A stretch of 60,561 nucleotides of DNA, counting the filler. It is 7 parts of 7 records of this genome, joined end to end, with 100 filler letters (N's around TTAATTAATTAA, not from the genome) between each part and the next. Parts side by side here need not be neighbours in the genome. Positions count along the whole stretch, not along the records: positions 51,443 to 60,561 come from SRR31156797_32408; 6 more parts are not named here. One strand, written 5' to 3'. Position 1 is the stretch's first letter, and every line of letters starts with the position of its first letter. Shown piece by piece: positions 57,455-60,561 of this stretch. The notes beneath the pieces were generated by a model that did no database searches, had not been told where the DNA came from, and was given only the letters and a program-made list of their open reading frames with translations. A program made the position numbers and the translations under genes.

Positions 57455-58494
57455 GACCGGACACGCTAAAGCAAAAACCCCTGGTCATCCCGATCTTCAT
57501 CCCCCACCGGGGATGCCCCCATCAGTGTGCGTTCTGCAACCAATCCATCATCACAAATGAACAGGCCATGCTGCCGGATCGAAACCGGATCCGGCAGGAG
57601 GTCGACACCTATCTCCAATACAGGGGAAGCCGGAACCGGGTGCAGCTCGCCTTTTTCGGCGGCACCTTCCTGGGCCTTCCACCGGAGGAAACCCGGGCGC
57701 TGCTCGGGATCGCCCGGGAACTTGTGACCGAAAATAAAATCGACAGCGTCCGGTGTTCAACCCGGCCCGACACCATCACCCCGGAACGCCTTGACCTGGC
57801 CGCAAAATTCTCCCTCACCACCGTGGAGCTGGGGGTCCAGTCCATGGACGACCAGGTGCTGTCCACGGCCAGAAGAGGACACACGGCCAGGGACACCGAA
57901 AATGCGGCAAGGCTTCTCCGGAACCATGGCATGGAAACAGGCATGCAGATGATGGTGGGACTTCCCGGAGACACCGACGCAAGCGCCATGGAAACCGCCC
58001 GGGCCATAGCGGCCCTCAGGCCCGCTTTTGTCCGAATCTACCCCCTGATGGTGCTGAAGCACAGCCTGATCCACCAGTGGCACACCCGGGGAAACTACAC
58101 ACCCATGTCCCTTGATCACTGCGTGGCGCTGGTGGCGGCCCTTTACCGGATCTTTGAGAAAAACGAAATTCCGGTGATCCGCATGGGGCTGCAGGCATCG
58201 GAGATCCTCCAGGATGAGGACGCCATGGTGGCCGGCCCCTGGCACCCGGCCTTCGGGCACCTGGTCTTTTCACGATTGATGCTGGACAAAACCCTGGCCC
58301 TGGTGGAAACCCTCCCGGGCGCCGGAACCAGCCGGACCATTTCCTTAGGCGTCCACCCCGCGTCGGAATCCCGGCTCCGGGGGGACCGCAACCACAACAT
58401 GAAGCAGCTGAAAGCGTGCTACCCCTTGGCGGACTTTAAAATTGTCCGGGATCCGTCCCTTGCCCCGGACACTGTCGCAATAGCTCCTGCCTGA
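57451..58494 (+). CDS. Radical SAM protein (Elp3/YhcC-like, commonly downstream of rnc)
   Basis: IPIFIPHRGCPHQCAFCNQ, STRPD, ELGVQS and GPWHPAFG motifs; TTG start overlapping the rnc stop. Confidence 0.88.
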   Translation: MRPDTLKQKPLVIPIFIPHRGCPHQCAFCNQSIITNEQAMLPDRNRIRQEVDTYLQYRGSRNRVQLAFFGGTFLGLPPEETRALLGIARELVTENKIDSVRCSTRPDTITPERLDLAAKFSLTTVELGVQSMDDQVLSTARRGHTARDTENAARLLRNHGMETGMQMMVGLPGDTDASAMETARAIAALRPAFVRIYPLMVLKHSLIHQWHTRGNYTPMSLDHCVALVAALYRIFEKNEIPVIRMGLQASEILQDEDAMVAGPWHPAFGHLVFSRLMLDKTLALVETLPGAGTSRTISLGVHPASESRLRGDRNHNMKQLKACYPLADFKIVRDPSLAPDTVAIAPA

Positions 58495-58505
58495 CAATAT
58501 AACAA

Positions 58506-58531
58506 GGGGACAGATTTAAAAATCTGCCCCC
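58506..58531. repeat. REP-like palindrome / terminator between convergent genes
   Basis: GGGGACAGATTT-aa-AAATCTGCCCCC; a second hairpin CTCCTGC-ctga-GCAGGAG lies at 58563-58580. Confidence 0.55.
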
Positions 58532-58589
58532 CTGGCATTCATTAAAAAAACTTCTCCCTGTGCTCCTGCCTGAGCAGGAGACCGTCACC

Positions 58590-60561
58590 TTATATCCCGG
58601 ATTTGTACAGATCGTCCGACTCAGTCGCCACCCCGGGCAGGGGCGTCTTCATGGTCGGGACCGTTCCTTCCTTAAAACACTCGAACAGGGTCTTTTCAGA
58701 CGATTCATTGGGAAGCAGTCCGGTCTTGGCGTCGATCTTGGCAAACACGATTCCCTCGGGAACGTTAAAGGTTCGTACGGGCCTTCCATCCAGGGCGCCC
58801 TTCATATAGTCGAGCCAGATGGGGCTTGCCGCCCTGGAACCGGTTTCACCCTTCCCAAGGGACCGCTCATTGTCAAATCCCACCCACACACCGGTTGTGT
58901 ACCTGGGGGTATATCCGAGAAACCAGGCGTCATTGAGATTATTCGTGGTGCCTGTCTTGCCCGCCGCAGGCCGGCCCAGGGCCCTTGCCCGCCAGCCGGT
59001 TCCCGACTTCACCACGCTCTCGAGCATGCTGGTCATGATATAGGCGGTGCTCATGTCCATGACCTTCTCCCGCTTGAGCTGGGAAGATTCGATCACATTG
59101 CCGTTCCGGTCTTCGATACGTGTGATAAACACAGGCTCCACCCGGTAGCCAAGGTTGGAAAAAACCGCATAGGAATTGACGATCTCAAGCAGGGAGACCC
59201 CGGAGGACCCAAGCGATATGGACAGATCCCGGTTGATGTGGGAATTGATCCCGAGCTTTCTTGCGTAGTCGATCACATAGTCGATGCCGATATCCTGGAG
59301 AATCTTTACGGTGACCACGTTCCTGGATTTCTTCAGGGCGTAGCGCAACAGGGTGGGCCCGTAAAACTTCTCCTTATAGTTATGGGGTTTCCATACAAAG
59401 TCCCGTTCCCTGTCCGTGAACACCACGGGACTGTCAATGATCATGGTGGACGCGGTATACCCCTTGTCAAGGGCCGCCGCAAAAATCACAGGCTTAAAGG
59501 AACTGCCCGCCTGGCGCCGGGACTGGATGGCCCGGTTGAACTGGCTGTCCCGGTAGTCCCTGCCCCCGATCATCGCCTTGACATGACCGGTCTCGGCCTC
59601 GATGCTCAACAGGGCCGCCTGGGCCAGGGGCTCCTGTTCCAGGGAGAACTGCCGTTCCTCATCTCCCTCCTCCGGTTCGACAGCCTTGACAAGCACCACA
59701 TCCCCGATTTCCAGCACCTCTTTCGGGGATTTCACCCGGGTCTCCCAATAGGCCACCTCCGGGTTGGGGTGCCTTGCCCATTTGAGGGCCTTTGCCGGGA
59801 TCACCCCCCGGACATTGCCCACCCGGACATGGGCCGCCTCATCGGTGACATCCACGACAACCCCCTGGTAAAGGGTCTCCAACCCAGGGACGCCGGTCTC
59901 CATGGCGGCGGCCACATCGGAGCAGAAGGACTCCACTTCCAGCATAGCCAGATGTTTGACAGGCCCCCTGTATCCCTGGCGCCGGTCCATATCCCTCAAT
60001 CCGGTGACCACCGATTTCCGGGCGATCTTCTGCAGCTCGATATCCACGGCCGTATGGATCTGAAGCCCCTGGGTATAAAGGGCGTCCTTGCCGTACTTCT
60101 CCTCCACGTAGCGCCTGACATGTTCGGTATAACAGGGCACCCGCTCGATGAACCAGTTCTTCCGCGGCTTGATGTCAAGCTCGGTGTTGATGGCCTCGGT
60201 GGCCTCGAGGTTGGTGATATAACCATCCTCCTTCATCCGGTTCAACACGTAAATCTGCCGCTGCCTGGCCCGCTCCGCATGCCGGAACGGGGAATACCGG
60301 CTCGGCGCCTGGGGCAATCCCGCAAGCATGGAACACTCCGCAAGGTTCATCTCCTTTGCGTGCTTGCCAAAGTAATTTTCACTGGCCGCCTCCACCCCGT
60401 AGGCGCCATGGCCCAGATAGATCTGGTTCAGATAGAGATAAAGGATCTCGTCCTTGGTAAAGGTCTTGTCGATGCGGTAGGCAAGGATCGCCTCCTTAAT
60501 CTTTCGCTCATAGGTCCGCGCCGGCGTCAGAAAAAAGGATTTGGTCACCTGCTGGGTGATG
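58590..60561 (-). CDS. mrcA: Penicillin-binding protein 1A, 5'-truncated
   Basis: Transglycosylase RKIKE and YLNQIYLG; transpeptidase SSFK, SRN and KTG. Confidence 0.93.
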   Translation of the reverse strand, partial: ITQQVTKSFFLTPARTYERKIKEAILAYRIDKTFTKDEILYLYLNQIYLGHGAYGVEAASENYFGKHAKEMNLAECSMLAGLPQAPSRYSPFRHAERARQRQIYVLNRMKEDGYITNLEATEAINTELDIKPRKNWFIERVPCYTEHVRRYVEEKYGKDALYTQGLQIHTAVDIELQKIARKSVVTGLRDMDRRQGYRGPVKHLAMLEVESFCSDVAAAMETGVPGLETLYQGVVVDVTDEAAHVRVGNVRGVIPAKALKWARHPNPEVAYWETRVKSPKEVLEIGDVVLVKAVEPEEGDEERQFSLEQEPLAQAALLSIEAETGHVKAMIGGRDYRDSQFNRAIQSRRQAGSSFKPVIFAAALDKGYTASTMIIDSPVVFTDRERDFVWKPHNYKEKFYGPTLLRYALKKSRNVVTVKILQDIGIDYVIDYARKLGINSHINRDLSISLGSSGVSLLEIVNSYAVFSNLGYRVEPVFITRIEDRNGNVIESSQLKREKVMDMSTAYIMTSMLESVVKSGTGWRARALGRPAAGKTGTTNNLNDAWFLGYTPRYTTGVWVGFDNERSLGKGETGSRAASPIWLDYMKGALDGRPVRTFNVPEGIVFAKIDAKTGLLPNESSEKTLFECFKEGTVPTMKTPLPGVATESDDLYKSGI

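Overview
The window is a composite of seven unrelated contigs joined by 100-nt spacers (N44-TTAATTAATTAA-N44), so gene neighbourhoods are only meaningful within a segment. (1) 1-7838, deltaproteobacterial-like: a type II FAS/PKS-like cluster with three FabF-type ketosynthases, an acyltransferase, an acyl-AMP ligase, a thioesterase and a DarA-like enzyme. (2) 7939-23928, AT-rich, Arcobacter-like: a nitrogen-fixation accessory region (modC, modD, nifT, nifA, SIR2-like, clpX, FdxN-like ferredoxin, three sigma54 promoters), then a two-component system and urtAB. (3) 24029-29712, GC-rich, possibly spirochaete: two paralogous beta-barrel proteins, an acyl-ACP thioesterase, and an ECF sigma / membrane anti-sigma / exported caspase operon. 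(4) 29813-37090: an ArsR-ArsP-thioredoxin-FeS-Acr3 arsenic cluster with two matching operators, plus MscS. (5) 37191-42281: an AT-rich defence-like island (GIY-YIG, HEPN, DUF1643, SH3-HNH, DUF2971). It ends in two coupled genes sharing a 23-aa motif arranged like an amyloid-signalling effector/sensor pair, the most striking observation here. (6) 42382-51342: Bacteroidota housekeeping and envelope genes. (7) 51443-60561, Desulfobacteraceae-like: heme genes, dksA, a PHP-RNase III fusion, a radical SAM protein and PBP1A. No rRNA, tRNA or CRISPR array was recognised. Taxonomic and family calls come from motif recognition by eye, not from database searches.
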